From contig OZ025700.1 of NCBI GenBank assembly GCA_964019335.1, forward strand, positions 1-64,000: a DNA stretch of 64,000 nt, written 5' to 3'. A model generated the notes under the pieces. The model was not told where the DNA came from and searched no databases. It saw nothing but the letters and a program-made list of their open reading frames with translations. The position numbers and the translations under genes are program-made. Origin of the DNA: Diplonema japonicum (taxonomy: Eukaryota > Protista > Euglenozoa: Diplonemea). The first letter of the stretch is position 1. Each line of letters starts with the position of its first letter. Below are positions 32,991-44,824 of this stretch, piece after piece.

Positions 32991-34878
32991 CTACCAGGCA
33001 TCGATTTGGAACTCATCCTTGAACACCCCCACGTCATGAGTCATGGACTTCGACACCAAGTCGTTGCGCTCCATCAGCGAGAAACTCATTCGGAGAACCT
33101 CCCACATCTCACGTGTACCAGAGGACCCGGACCTGCCGCCGTTCTGCATGTTGATGGCTCGTAAGAAGTACTGAGCCGCTTGGTGGTGCTCTCCCAGATT
33201 ACTGTACGATATCCCAATATTGTAATGCGCCCTTACGTACCCAGGATTCAAATCCAAAGCTTTATTATAGGCCTTCAACGCCTCAGTGCACCTGTTCCCG
33301 TTGGCCAGAGATGCCCCAAGCTTGTTCCACAGTTTGGCGTCTTCAGACTTCACAGCAAGCACCTTTTCGAAATTCGCCACTGCTTTGCTGTAGTCATGGC
33401 TCATGTTGTACAGCACGCCAAGCCCTTCCCACACATCCGTATTCGGCACCTTTGCCTGAGCCGCTTCAAACATCTTCGTGCACTGCTGGTGAGTCTTCGG
33501 GTTGACATAGAAGTACTCATGCACAAGATCAGGGTCTTCGTCGTCCACTTGTATCGCTGACAGCTCGCCTGCGTACTCTTTATACTGAGGGTGTGCGAGG
33601 AGCCACGACGACAGTGTCTCTATCGCTTGGGAGTAGTTGCTTTCGTTTGTATAGCTCACGCTTAATGCCATCAACACCTCATAGTTATTGGGGTCGAGCT
33701 TTCTGTACAAAGAGTTCTATAAGGAAGGGGGATGGATACCTGCACTGCTTCAAGGCAGCTATTGCTTGCTTGTCTTTCTCGTTCTCCGCTTGCGTTGTCC
33801 CCAAATATTGCCATGCAATACTATTATCCGCTTCCTTCTGGCACACCTGCTTGCGTTGCAAGGGATTTCATTGCATACCGCTTCGAAAGCAAGGACAGCC
33901 TCCGCCAAGGAGGCAGCTTCGAGGAGCTGCTTGCCTTCTTCAAAGGGGTTCTCGTGGTACATATACGGGTTGTTCTCTTCGAAGATGTACTCGCAATCGT
34001 TGCTCTTAGGCATTTCTTGTTGTTGCTGCTCGAACTGTGTCGCCCAGTCTTCTCCAGCTGTTTTGCAGTGGCGTAACGTATAGCTTGAATACCTTGTTCT
34101 TGTGCCGCTGCTCGCTCGTGCATGCTTTCCTCCACGAAGTCCTGCGGCCAATCATATCCATTGCTCATCCCCATCTCAGGCATCTGCCCATAGATAGGGC
34201 CTTCGGTAGGCATGCTCAATTGCTCATGCTCCTCCGTCCCATACTCATCCGCCCACTCAGACTTCTCCAACACAATGTCGCCCTTCTTGACCCCATCGAG
34301 AAACTGTGGCCACGTCATGTGGGTGTTGTGACATACTTTGAAGAAACCACAGTTGTCTTGCTTTTGCTCGAAAGGAACTTCTTCTTCGCCCTCGATGCCG
34401 AAGGTGAGCACCTGTGGAGTGTTTGGGCGGTGATACAATTGCATACTTGGTCATCGTTAAACTCCTGTGCCCAGTCATTCTCTTGCTGCGCCTTGAATTG
34501 CGAAGCCCAATCACCGTCACCGTTGTCCCGTTGCGCCGCAAGTTCGGCTGCCCAGTCTTGTTGTTGGTGTTGCTGTTGTTGTTGGTGATGCAAGTTCTCC
34601 TGTTGCAGAAACTCACCGACCATGGGATCTTGCATCGCACCAGGGTGCACTGGGTTCATTGTGCTGCCCATGGAGTTGAAGTAGTCCTCATGCCACTGCT
34701 GCGATGCTTGCATCTCAGCCAGCTCATCGATATTGGGGTCCACAAAGTTCGGCTGCATCATGTTGTTTCCAGGTATCTTCGTATCTTGAAACATTTTGTT
34801 CACCCCAGCCGCCATCCCGTTGCCACCTCCATCGCACCCCGCAGCGCCAACAAAGTCATTGATGAAACCCCCAGACAT
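32991..34878 (-). CDS. PEX5: Peroxisomal targeting signal 1 receptor PEX5, 5 micro-introns
   Basis: N-terminal Cys (AGCDGGGN); WxxxF/Y motifs (WASQF, WAQEF, WADEY, WPQDF, WATQF); YIFEENNPY; TPRs AWQYLGTTQAENE, LWNKLGASLANG and PGYVRAHYNIGISY. Confidence 0.95.
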
Positions 34879-35443
34879 CTCTGTGGTGCTTGTCACTGCC
34901 ACATCGCGGGGGGGGAAATACACGTGGGGCAGGGGAGAATTCTAATACTTCTTGAAAGCATGACACCAGAATCCACAAAACAACAACAGGGGGTCTTTTC
35001 TTTTTTCACAGAAAGTACTGAGGTTTTAGCCATTATGATGTGACAACAGCAAAACTTGATTCAGAAATTGGTGTCGCTTTCTGTTAGCTTCCGGTATTCG
35101 AACCAGCAATCTGGAGATCAGGAAAAATAGCACAACCCCTGTTGCGACAATGCGTGGATTCTGCGTCTGAAAGAAATGAAAAAAAAAAGCGTGGGCACAG
35201 GCTCAAGAGCAAGAGAGCGGTCCCTTATAAGGAAAGACCATTGTGTCATCTTTCAACTAAGTCAGGCACATGTTAAGTGTCTTCAGAAAAAGTCGGAACG
35301 CAAACACTAGGGTGTAGGGAGGGAACCAGACGGTCGATATACAAAATCTATTAACAAATACCCCATGAGCTCTACTGCTGGAAAAAAAGGGAAGAAAAAA
35401 AATGAAATGGGTGCATTTGGCTGCACTCGAACAGTCAGAAATC

Positions 35444-36242
35444 TTAATAATATGGCTGGCTCACGAACGAGGTGTCTGAAAGGTTCACGCATTTCACGAT
35501 CTATACACATAAAATAGTACAAAATCACATACCTTGACATGGCGTCTTCTCTCTCTCTCCCTGTTTCTTCTATCATCGTAGTCCCTGCTGTATGGTGATG
35601 CCCTGTTGAGCTCCTCAACAGTCGGACACGGCGGAGGGCGGGACTGTGGTGTCAACTGTTTTCTTTATGTTGAGCGCATACCTCGTATTCGTCCCCATTC
35701 CAGACCACGAACCTGTGGTTAGGCGGCGGCCAAACGTCAACGTCCTCTCTACGCTTTCGGAAGGGCGGTGTCACCGACCGCCTGTCGTCATATCGAGTCT
35801 CATGCCTGTCGGGACGCGAGCTCACGCTGCTGGGTGGCCCTGACTTGTGTCCGCCTTTTAAGGGCTGCCCAGAGTTGCGTGAAGGTCTGACAGGTGTTGC
35901 TTTCACCCTACCAGAAGGACGTGGCGAGGCTCGGTTAGGTGAGTTGTTGGGGTTGCGTGGGTCTGTCGGGTCCCTACCAGGATACCTTGTTGCGGGGCGT
36001 GTCGTGCGTCCAGACGGAGTCCCAGGTCCTGGTCTTGCAGGAGTGGACCCACCCCCCGGAGAAGCGATGCGTGTGGATGTCCTTGCGGTGCTGACCTCTT
36101 TCCTTATCGAACTTCGCGGATCTGGCATCACCTTCGTCGGCGGCCTATTTGATGGCCGCGGATACGACTGAGGGACAGGCCCTTGCGGCCTGAACGATGG
36201 CCCTGTCTGCCACCTGTCGCTGCTCCCCCCTCGATATGTCAT
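35444..36242 (-). CDS. Hypothetical Pro/Arg/Ser-rich protein, 2 micro-introns
   Basis: 196-codon exon plus two GTATG..AG introns leading to TAA at 35444. Confidence 0.55.
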
Positions 36243-36917
36243 CCTCCTGGTGTGTGCTGGGGAAAAAAAAAAAAAAAATTAAGAAAAAAAAAAAAAGGAG
36301 AACGTAGTATACACTTCAAGGGAAGGGAATAAGAATAAAGGGCGTGGACAAATAAGGGGGGAGGGCATAAGAAGAATGCCGGAGAAAAGAAAAAAAAACG
36401 GACACCATCCGAAGTGCTTTTTTTGTTTTCCTGTTGAGAGGTTGGTGTTGTTATTCTCTTCTTTTTTCTTTTTTGGTACAAGAAGAAAACAAAAAAAGCA
36501 ATATATTGACAAATGGACTGTTAATTTAAAAAAAAAAAAGAGGTAGGTAACATTGGGGTTTATCTACAGGTTAATCCCCCGGCTACGCACAAACAACCTT
36601 TCTTTTTCTTTTTCTTTTTCTTTTTCTTTTTCTTTTTTTACTTCTTTCTTCTTTTTATTGTCGACAACGACCCATATTATTCAGTGAACGAAAAAAAAAA
36701 AAAAAAAAAAAAAAAACTTGCCTGTGCACACGGTACAAATCCTGAGATAAGTACTGCACAAAGAAAAGAAGAAAAAAAAAAGGGAAACAGCTTCAAAAAA
36801 ATGAGGATCAGTTAACCAAATCCACGTCCAATGAAAGAACCCCCCATGCCGCGTCTTTCAAGGGTGTCGGTGGGCAGGTCACCAGACTAAGTATAATTCT
36901 TTTTGAAAACACTGTCA

Positions 36918-37718
36918 TCATTCAACTTTCTTAGCCTTCTTCCGCTCGGGCTTGAGCCCCCATGCTATCTGGCACAACTTGATTCCCCAGAAGAAGTTCA
37001 AACCGTGCAAAGCGAACCATGACAGGACGACACCGGTGGTGATGTGCGACTCCCACGTGAAGGGGGAGTTCCATATCATTTTGATAAACGCTGCCTGCTC
37101 AACCCAGCGGCCCCAGATGAAACCAGCGTAAAACAAGAGGTTTGTAAGACCGTTGGTCTTGAAGAGACGGATATGCAGCGGCACGTTAGAAATCAGCATC
37201 CTCGAGATGGAGTCCCAGATCACATGCCAGTAGAAGAGGTCACCCACTGGAACGTGGACATACACAGCAAGCGTGAAGACGGTGAAAAGAAGACATGTGC
37301 CGTGGTGGAGGATCATGTCGTACCTTGTCTTGCCCATGAACACCGTGACTATCTCCACAATGAGCCCGTAGAACTCGTACCCTGCACAGGCCCCGCTCTG
37401 TGCACCAATGGAGAGCACTGTCGGCACGCCACGGGTCACAACGTGCACCCAGTTCGACGCAAAGAACATCGACAGCGACAAGCACACGAAGTTATTCGCG
37501 TCTAGTCCCTTGTTGGATACCAATTTGGCAAACAATACATGAAGCACGCTCCCCACGCCCGCCATACCCCCTGCGAAGTACAGGTATACGATAATGCCTG
37601 CATCCCTGTCATACCCCTCCCACCCGCTTACTTGCGAGGGAGATATCGTCTCCATGTACGGGATGCAGCAGAGCATCGCCACTAGCAACAGCATCGCAAC
37701 AACATTACTTATATTCAT
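36918..37718 (-). CDS. Multi-pass membrane protein, TLC (TRAM/LAG1/CLN8)-like, with KKxx ER signal
   Basis: Several TM helices, MILHH, LNFFW, C-terminal KKVE. Confidence 0.65.
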   Translation of the reverse strand: MNISNVVAMLLLVAMLCCIPYMETISPSQVSGWEGYDRDAGIIVYLYFAGGMAGVGSVLHVLFAKLVSNKGLDANNFVCLSLSMFFASNWVHVVTRGVPTVLSIGAQSGACAGYEFYGLIVEIVTVFMGKTRYDMILHHGTCLLFTVFTLAVYVHVPVGDLFYWHVIWDSISRMLISNVPLHIRLFKTNGLTNLLFYAGFIWGRWVEQAAFIKMIWNSPFTWESHITTGVVLSWFALHGLNFFWGIKLCQIAWGLKPERKKAKKVE

Positions 37719-37797
37719 TTTTAATGCTGAAGATAACCCTGCGAACGTGGGGTGGGGTGGGGGTGGTATTTAACAAATTCCCATGACTTTGCAAAAT

Positions 37798-37840
<43 letters not shown>

Positions 37841-37855
37841 AAAAAATCTACGTGT

Positions 37856-39499
37856 TTAACTACCGGTCGCTACCTCAGCCACCTCTGGTTCCGCCTCGCG
37901 TTCAGATACAGGTTCCGCCTCCGCATTAAACCACTCGTCGCTCAGACCTGCTTCGTTGAACTCAGCCCTTGTTTTATACTGTGGCTCTTGTTCGGCGTCT
38001 TCTGTGTTGCTTACAGGCAGTCGCTTGCGCATCGGAACAGCTTCTGGAAGGGTTTCTACTTCTGCTGTAGCCCACTGTTGCTTGTCAACAAATGCATCTT
38101 TAAGTTTCAGCTCGTTGTCAGCTGTGTCTAATCTTCTGAGTTGCACTGCACTGTGATCACTTGCAGCATTGCCATGTGCTTCGTACCACTCCACCACCTG
38201 CCCTATGGGAAATCCTTCCAGTTGCTTCAGAGCCTCGCGCCCCGTCCGCTCCACAAGAAACGTGACCTCCTCGCTCTCCAGAACTCCGCTGTCGTTCCTG
38301 TCGCAGAACAGGAAGATCTGTTCGGCTTGTTTTTTGACATCCAGTGCCATCTGCTCCTCGTCTCCAGGCACCACCCCCCCACGCAACCACGTCACCGTGT
38401 CCCCTCTGTAGTTCAGACTTACAAAGGGATGTAAGTCGCTCAGCAGCAGCTCTCTCGACAATGGTATTCTATCGGAAATTATTTCGTCAGTTTCGCCGCA
38501 TTGCACATTCCAACTGACCACGTTCTGCACCTTATCAACACGCACTGTTATAGTGGCCGTGTTGCTTTGCAGACACTCTCCTCTGACCATCGCAGAGCCC
38601 GTCACCGAACAGGTGCCCTCCTGGTTGATGCTGGCACTCACATCGAGTATGCTCATGCCCTCTGCCACGTACCTGTCAAGGGGTATCACACCCACGCGCA
38701 ACGATCCGAACACAGCATCTGCCTCGTGAGTTACACTCACCTGCACTTCCCAAACCCTGGGTTCCCCGGTATGAGGTATGCCCTTATTCCATACAGCATT
38801 GTGATACCTCCACGTTGGTACTGTCACGTGCAATGTCTTTCCCTTGCCCTCGGGGTTGTTTTCTTCGCCTTCCCTTTCTTCCATTGTCGCCATGTTGTAT
38901 GTCCATGCTCCTCCCTCCAGTGCATCCTTCATATCCGCCGCAGGTGCAGGGTGCGATACCACGGGAAGCGGCCTGATTGTGTAGTCCCCAACAACACTCT
39001 TCTGAAGCACTTTTATCACAAGCTCTATCTTGATGCATTTCACCAACTGCGACGGATCTATACCCCGCAGGGCAACGTACCCATTTGCGGTATCAGTGAG
39101 CTCTTGGGAGGCGATGACCGATATGGTCCTTCCCCACGGTGCGGAATTTGTGAACAAGCAGTGCAGCAATTCGGAGGCGCGCTTCTCGCTGGTGAATGAC
39201 ATGACGCCCAGCCGGCACTGCGCATAAACCTCTGCTTTGGCAGATGCGTCCAAGCAGAGCAGCTTCATGGTCACTGTCTTACGGTGCATGTACTTCACCT
39301 GAAAGCGCTTACCAGAAACAGCAAAGGGCTCGGACAGGGCACCTTCGACAGGTGCAAGACCTACGTAACAAAATGCACCGTCATCGAGCGTCCTGTTGCA
39401 GGCGAACAAGAAGGGTGTTGTGGATTTGGCTGCAGTACCTTCGGTGGCTGTTTGCCGAGTGGCGTTGGACCGCAGGGTAGATGCCAGCGACATGTTCAC
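37856..39499 (-). CDS. Hypothetical protein with SPRY-like region and EF-hand
   Basis: VWEVQV..LRVGV..LHPFVSL; DRNDSGVLESEE. Confidence 0.65.
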   Translation of the reverse strand: MNMSLASTLRSNATRQTATEGTAAKSTTPFLFACNRTLDDGAFCYVGLAPVEGALSEPFAVSGKRFQVKYMHRKTVTMKLLCLDASAKAEVYAQCRLGVMSFTSEKRASELLHCLFTNSAPWGRTISVIASQELTDTANGYVALRGIDPSQLVKCIKIELVIKVLQKSVVGDYTIRPLPVVSHPAPAADMKDALEGGAWTYNMATMEEREGEENNPEGKGKTLHVTVPTWRYHNAVWNKGIPHTGEPRVWEVQVSVTHEADAVFGSLRVGVIPLDRYVAEGMSILDVSASINQEGTCSVTGSAMVRGECLQSNTATITVRVDKVQNVVSWNVQCGETDEIISDRIPLSRELLLSDLHPFVSLNYRGDTVTWLRGGVVPGDEEQMALDVKKQAEQIFLFCDRNDSGVLESEEVTFLVERTGREALKQLEGFPIGQVVEWYEAHGNAASDHSAVQLRRLDTADNELKLKDAFVDKQQWATAEVETLPEAVPMRKRLPVSNTEDAEQEPQYKTRAEFNEAGLSDEWFNAEAEPVSEREAEPEVAEVATGS

Positions 39500-39643
39500 C
39501 TGGAGTGACAGTCAAATTGAGAAACAAATCCATTCGTTGTAAGACAAAAGAGAGTCTTCGACAGGAAGCCATTTGCACAGCTCTGCCGGACGGTTTTACA
39601 AGAAGAGAGCAGGCACAAAGGTTAGGAACCGGCTCTGAGACTC

Positions 39644-40850
39644 TCACATACGGAGCGTTTGGAAGTAATCTACGATCGTGTCCGCAAGGGATATAACGGT
39701 GAAGGGGTGCCCCTGGATGCCAGAAGCCGTCTGCGGGATGGAGTTAGTAATCCAGAAGTTTTTCCAAGGGTGCCTGTGAGGGTAAGATTGGCTGTGGCGC
39801 ATACTCATTGTTCTCTGTGAGGAACTTCTTCCACGAATCATTAGGGAAAACACCATGCGTCACGTAGCCGCTGACAGACTTGGCACCTTCTCTGAGCATC
39901 AGGTCCTTGCAATTCATCATAGTGCCACCCGACTGGATGAGGTCATCGACAATCACGATATGCTTGCCCTTCACATCTTCAAGACCTTCTGTAACCTTCA
40001 AGATCCTCTTGTTGTTCTCGCGTGTCTTTGAGCACACAATCACAGGGTGCTCCGACCCATCACGCTGTGTGGCATGCGTTTGTCAGCGTTGCATAAGCAT
40101 ACCGAGAACTCAGGCCAGAATCTCTTCTTCGCCCCGTCGTCGGGGAAGGCGATGGCAACATCTTCGCCATTGGAAACAAGAGACGCGATTTCTCTGCGGG
40201 GGGTTTTTTTTTGATGATTAGATTTTGATAAAAATTTAAAAGGGGAAAAGAAAGGGGGGTTTATACCTTTTAAGTAAAGGAATGGCGGTCACAAGATGCG
40301 GGAGGACGTTGTCGGTGAAGTAGAACCGGTTCTGCAGGGCGTGGATGTCGTAGAAGACAAAGTTTGTGGGGCCGTTCACGGTGAGGGGTGTGGCGGAGAG
40401 CATCCGTGCGAAGGTCATGGCAGTGGCGACCTCGCCCTCCACGCTGACACGCTCCATGGTGCCAACAGGGAAGAAGGGCAAGATGACGGTCAGGCTCCGG
40501 GCGCCGTAACGAGGCAGAGCGTAGATGATGCTGAGAGTGGAGATCCAGCCAGCACCAGCGTTCTTCAGGTCGTAGTCAGCAAGGAGCACGACGTCCTTGT
40601 TGTACACGTCGCTCGGTTTGAGGCTGACATTTGGTGTCCCGTCGCTAAAGGTCTTTGCCACCATTGCGCCCTCCTTGAACATGCCACTGCCCTTCATCAC
40701 CACCTCATCGGCCAAGGGTTTCATGCTCGGTACTGCGAACAGAGTTAACGTGCCTTCTTCCTTTATCCTTGCTTCCACAACAGAGCCAACCCACCCCACG
40801 CCCATCCCAGCCCCTACCCCTAGGGCCCCCATCGCAAGGCGCTTCATCAT
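39644..40850 (-). CDS. PRS: Ribose-phosphate pyrophosphokinase, class II (plant PRS3/4-like), 3 introns
   Basis: PFFPVGTMERV, DIHALQNRFYF, AFPDDGAKKRF, IVDDLIQSGGT, YVTHGVFP, FWITNS. Confidence 0.92.
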
Positions 40851-41712
40851 CTTTGTCGTGTAGCGTGCTGCGTTGGCTTAAATAGCAAAGAACGGTGAAT
40901 TAATAACTACACCTGAAATACCTAACGGGCACAAAGGGTGGGAGGGAAACATTAAAGAAGCCTGCAGGCTTTTCAAAAAAAAAGGGGACAGGGAAAACAA
41001 GGAACGTCGGAGGGGGGGGGGGGGGGGGGACAGGGAAAACAAGGGAAGAGGTAAAAAAAAACGATTTTCTTTTATGATTCTTTTCCCTACTTTTCTACAA
41101 AAGGGATGTATAACTTATTTCGGGAGGGGCTCTCCTACAAAAACAGGGTCGCCTGGCCTGAGCTGCGTTGCACTTGCTTGCTTCTTTCCGGAAGAAAACT
41201 AAAAACGTGTTGTTGCCTCCATGGCAGCAAGAAAAAAAAAGTGAAAAAAAGAAAACTGGGGTACACGGGATCGTTCGAAGGGATGGCGAAGTTCACTGCA
41301 GCCACAGTCAGGCAAAGCAAGGGAGAAGGGAACGGGAATAAGAGGGAGCAAACGGAAGCAGGTATCCCATAAACACTTTTCGATACTAAAAATCTTTTTT
41401 TTTTTTGTCTCGCATTTATTTTTTGTTTTTTAAGGGGGGAAGGAGAAGAACATGGGGAGGAGGAATAAAAAAAAAAAGAGGAAAACGGCTGGAAAAGGAA
41501 TACGGGGGGTACCGGCACCCATTCTTCCCTTCTTCGTTCTCATGTCTGCAGCTCACAAGCATCTGGCACTTCCAGCCGGCTTGGAGTAGGACTTTCGTGG
41601 CATTTTGATGACAATAAAAAGTCCGAAGTCTGAAACAAAGAAAACGAGAAAAGAAGATTAAGTGGAGGTCGAGGTACATTACAAAAAAAAAAAGAAGAAA
41701 AAAACATGGCGC

Positions 41713-44686
41713 CTACAGGATGACGCACTTGTCGAGCTCCTTTTTAAGCTCTTCTTGCTTGACTCTCTTCGCTTTTGTCTTGTTCTCAAACAGGGCACGA
41801 GTGGACTTAAGAGTACTCTCCTCGTTTTTGATGTCCTCTTCAAGACCCTTAACTTCTTTTTTAAGCGTCTCAACCTTCGCTTGTTGGTCCTTGATGGTGT
41901 TCAGCAGGTTCTGGGCGTCGTTGGCGTTCGTGGGCCACACAGGCGTGCGAGCATGCCACTCATTGTAGGCCAACTCAATCGCCTGTGTTGGTGTGTTCAT
42001 GTTGTTCACATCCATCATACCTGCCTGCCATCGTTGTAGCGCAGCAGGATCTTCTCACAGTAGGCAACGGTGGCGTGAAGCACAGCATGCTGGACTTCAA
42101 TTTCCTTCTGTTCCACCTTGCCCACTCGGTACTTCACTTCAACCCCGTCTGTGGCGATGCCACCTTGCGTGTCGACAGTGCCGCCATCAGCAGCGAGTTT
42201 CCTGAAATATGTAATGTGGTGTGCTTCGCATACTTCGACGGTCTCATGGCAATGCACCAAGGCCTGATGGGGGACATTTCGCCCATGGGCTCCAAGAATA
42301 AAGGTGCTTTCTCCGTGATGCTGTGATGATAGTTTATATTTATGAGAATGTAGCATACTCAGGGATCTTATCGTTCGAGTCAGCAGGTGCCACGTCGGCC
42401 AGCTCGGAGCCAAGCACACTGCAAATGATGTTGCTCTGCTCGTGGAAGAACTTGCTTGCCTCTTCGTCGCCGCGCGTAGTGTATGTCTCCACAGCATCGT
42501 CCAAGAGTTGCAGGCTGCCCTTGTGGTCAGCGTGACCCTTTGTGAACTCCTCCATCATCTGTGTCGTGTGTGACATGGTGTCATTTCTCTGTAACATACC
42601 GCGATGATCTCTCTGATGCACTTTCTCTTGTTCCTGTTCACAACTTCCTTCACCTGAGCCTTCTCTGCCTCAACATCGTCGACCTTCGTCAGCACTGATG
42701 ATAGTGAATGGTGGTGAAGACTGCATACCAACTTGGATCTCTTGCATCAGCTTGCTGTTCTCCTCGTTCATCGAGACAACCTTCTCGTACTTCTCGATAG
42801 CCTCCTGCAGCTTCTTCTGAGCTTCCTCCGCCTGTTCGTCGAACACATTCTCCTGAAAAGGATTCTTGTCATTCGCGTTGCATACCTGCTGCTCCTGAGC
42901 AATCGCAAGCTCTTCCTCAGTACCTGGGGCGAAGATACCATCGTCCGTCTTCATGGGCTCGCCGGTCAGCAGCGACTTCAGACCCGCAATCTTCTTAAGC
43001 AAGCTGTTGGCCTTGTCAATCTCTTCCTTCTGATAAGTGGTCCTCTTCTCGTTCTTCGCGATTTCGCTCTGAAGGTACTCCATTCTCTTTGTGTATTCAT
43101 CCAAGTCGCTCTTCGCCGTCGTTTCCCGCCTCTCGAAGTATGCTAGCACGCTCGCTGACGCTGCCTTCTGTGACTTAATCTGCCACTGGAGCTCCACAGT
43201 CTTTCTTTCCTGATCAGCGATGTCCTCATCAAGAGTCACGATGTCCTCCTCGCCCTCCTTCAGCTGTTTTTTCAGCTCATTGATCCTAGCCTGACGCCCC
43301 TCGAGCTCAGCCTTCACTTTGTTCGCTGCTTTGCTCTGTTGCACGGCCTCTTGCTTCAGTTGCTCCTGCTCCTCGAGCTTTTCTCTGAAGTCAGACAGCT
43401 CCTCGCCCTCATTCGGTTTGGCCTTTGACCTCGCTTTGTAACCGAACTCAGCAAGCTCTACGAACCCGCCTGTCTCGGCCTGGCTCTTGTGGTAGGGGGA
43501 AATATTGCAGATCAGTGTCACATGGCTCTCTTTCAAGCAGTCGGCAAGCGCCCTTGTAAGCACAGAAGTGTTAAATGGGACCTACATAAGTGTTCATTGC
43601 GGAAAAAAAACCATACGTGAGCGGCCTTCTCACCGAGCTTCCTCAGGACCTGCTGGAAGGTCGTCTGGGCGAGAGCGATCTTCTTGTAGTCATTTGTCGC
43701 CTCGTTATCCGCCTTGGTACCGAAACCGATGTCGGCGATGGTTAGTGTGGATGACTTGATGCTCTCGGTGCTCTTCTCGCCATCCGCGCCCTGTTTTGTT
43801 TGATGAAATACTATACATGGCATACTCCGAAGGTCGACTTTTGCGTCACAGTGATGATCATGATTACGCTGGATCGGTTGCTCTTGTTGGGCGTTGTGAC
43901 GCTTGAAGGCCTTCTCGTGGATTCCTTCTGTGCCCAGCAACGGTCCGCGAACTTCGTCATCACGGCAGGGTCATGAATATCGAGCTTCGTGGAGTTCGCG
44001 ATGTCACCGGCCTGTACCTTGGTTCCATCCTTGGGGAACCTAGGGTACCCAGCAAGCATGTCTTCGATCTCTTCCTTGTACACCCTGATCAGCTGTGCCT
44101 GAACAGTCATCTCCAGCTTCTCACCAGGGGCCTGCCTCTGAGTGATTTGCGTTTCCAGTTGATCTATAATGTCTTGGATCAGCCTGGTGGCAACACCCTT
44201 CTCTTTGTCACTGCCGAAGAGAGTGTAGGTCTTCCCACTGTTGATGGGCCCGTAGGCGCACACAGTCTGGTTGTAGCCATCGAAGACCATAGGCACAATG
44301 TCACCCTTAACCTCATCGTAGACTGCGTTGTTGTCGGCATTCACGTGCTCGAAATCCTCGCTCTCCTGGGGCGTCTTGTCCCTCGACTCCACCACCCAGG
44401 GGTCTTCACCAAACGACCAAAAGATCCCGTCGAAGCCAGAGGTCCACTTCTTCTTCGCAGTCGGGTTTACCTTGGCATTGACAGCCAAGCACTTCGGGTC
44501 CATAAACAAAACTTCACCATTCTGCGACTCGACACCCGACCTCACGTTCGAGATACCTTCCTTTGAGTTCTTCTTCAGCTCGCTTTCCATGAGAGGCCTA
44601 ATACGGATGTACTGCTTGAACTTTCTGGTAATGGCCTTGTCCTCCCCCTCGGCGGCCGCAGAAGACCTCTTGCGCTGTGCCGACAT
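41713..44686 (-). CDS. Divergent N-terminal kinesin-like protein with coiled-coil tail, about 7 micro-introns
   Basis: YIRIRPL, FDGIFWSF, FDGYNQTVCAYGPINSGKTYT, NRSSVIMII, H|VPFNTSVLTRALAD, LICNISP. Confidence 0.85.
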
Positions 44687-44824
44687 TTTTCTTTAATTAA
44701 CAGCTGCGTGTCTTTAAAAGTAGTGGCAGTGTCGGTGGCGATAAAAGAACAACGCACGAAGACAACTACAAAACTACTGATCACTATCAGACTGTGAGCT
44801 ACTGGAGCACACAGCTAGTTGTTG

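Noticed and set aside
36808-36921. C/D snoRNA (ATGATGA..CTGA on the minus strand)
   Set aside because: The C box coincides with the gene's tandem stop codons, and no recognisable rRNA guide was found.
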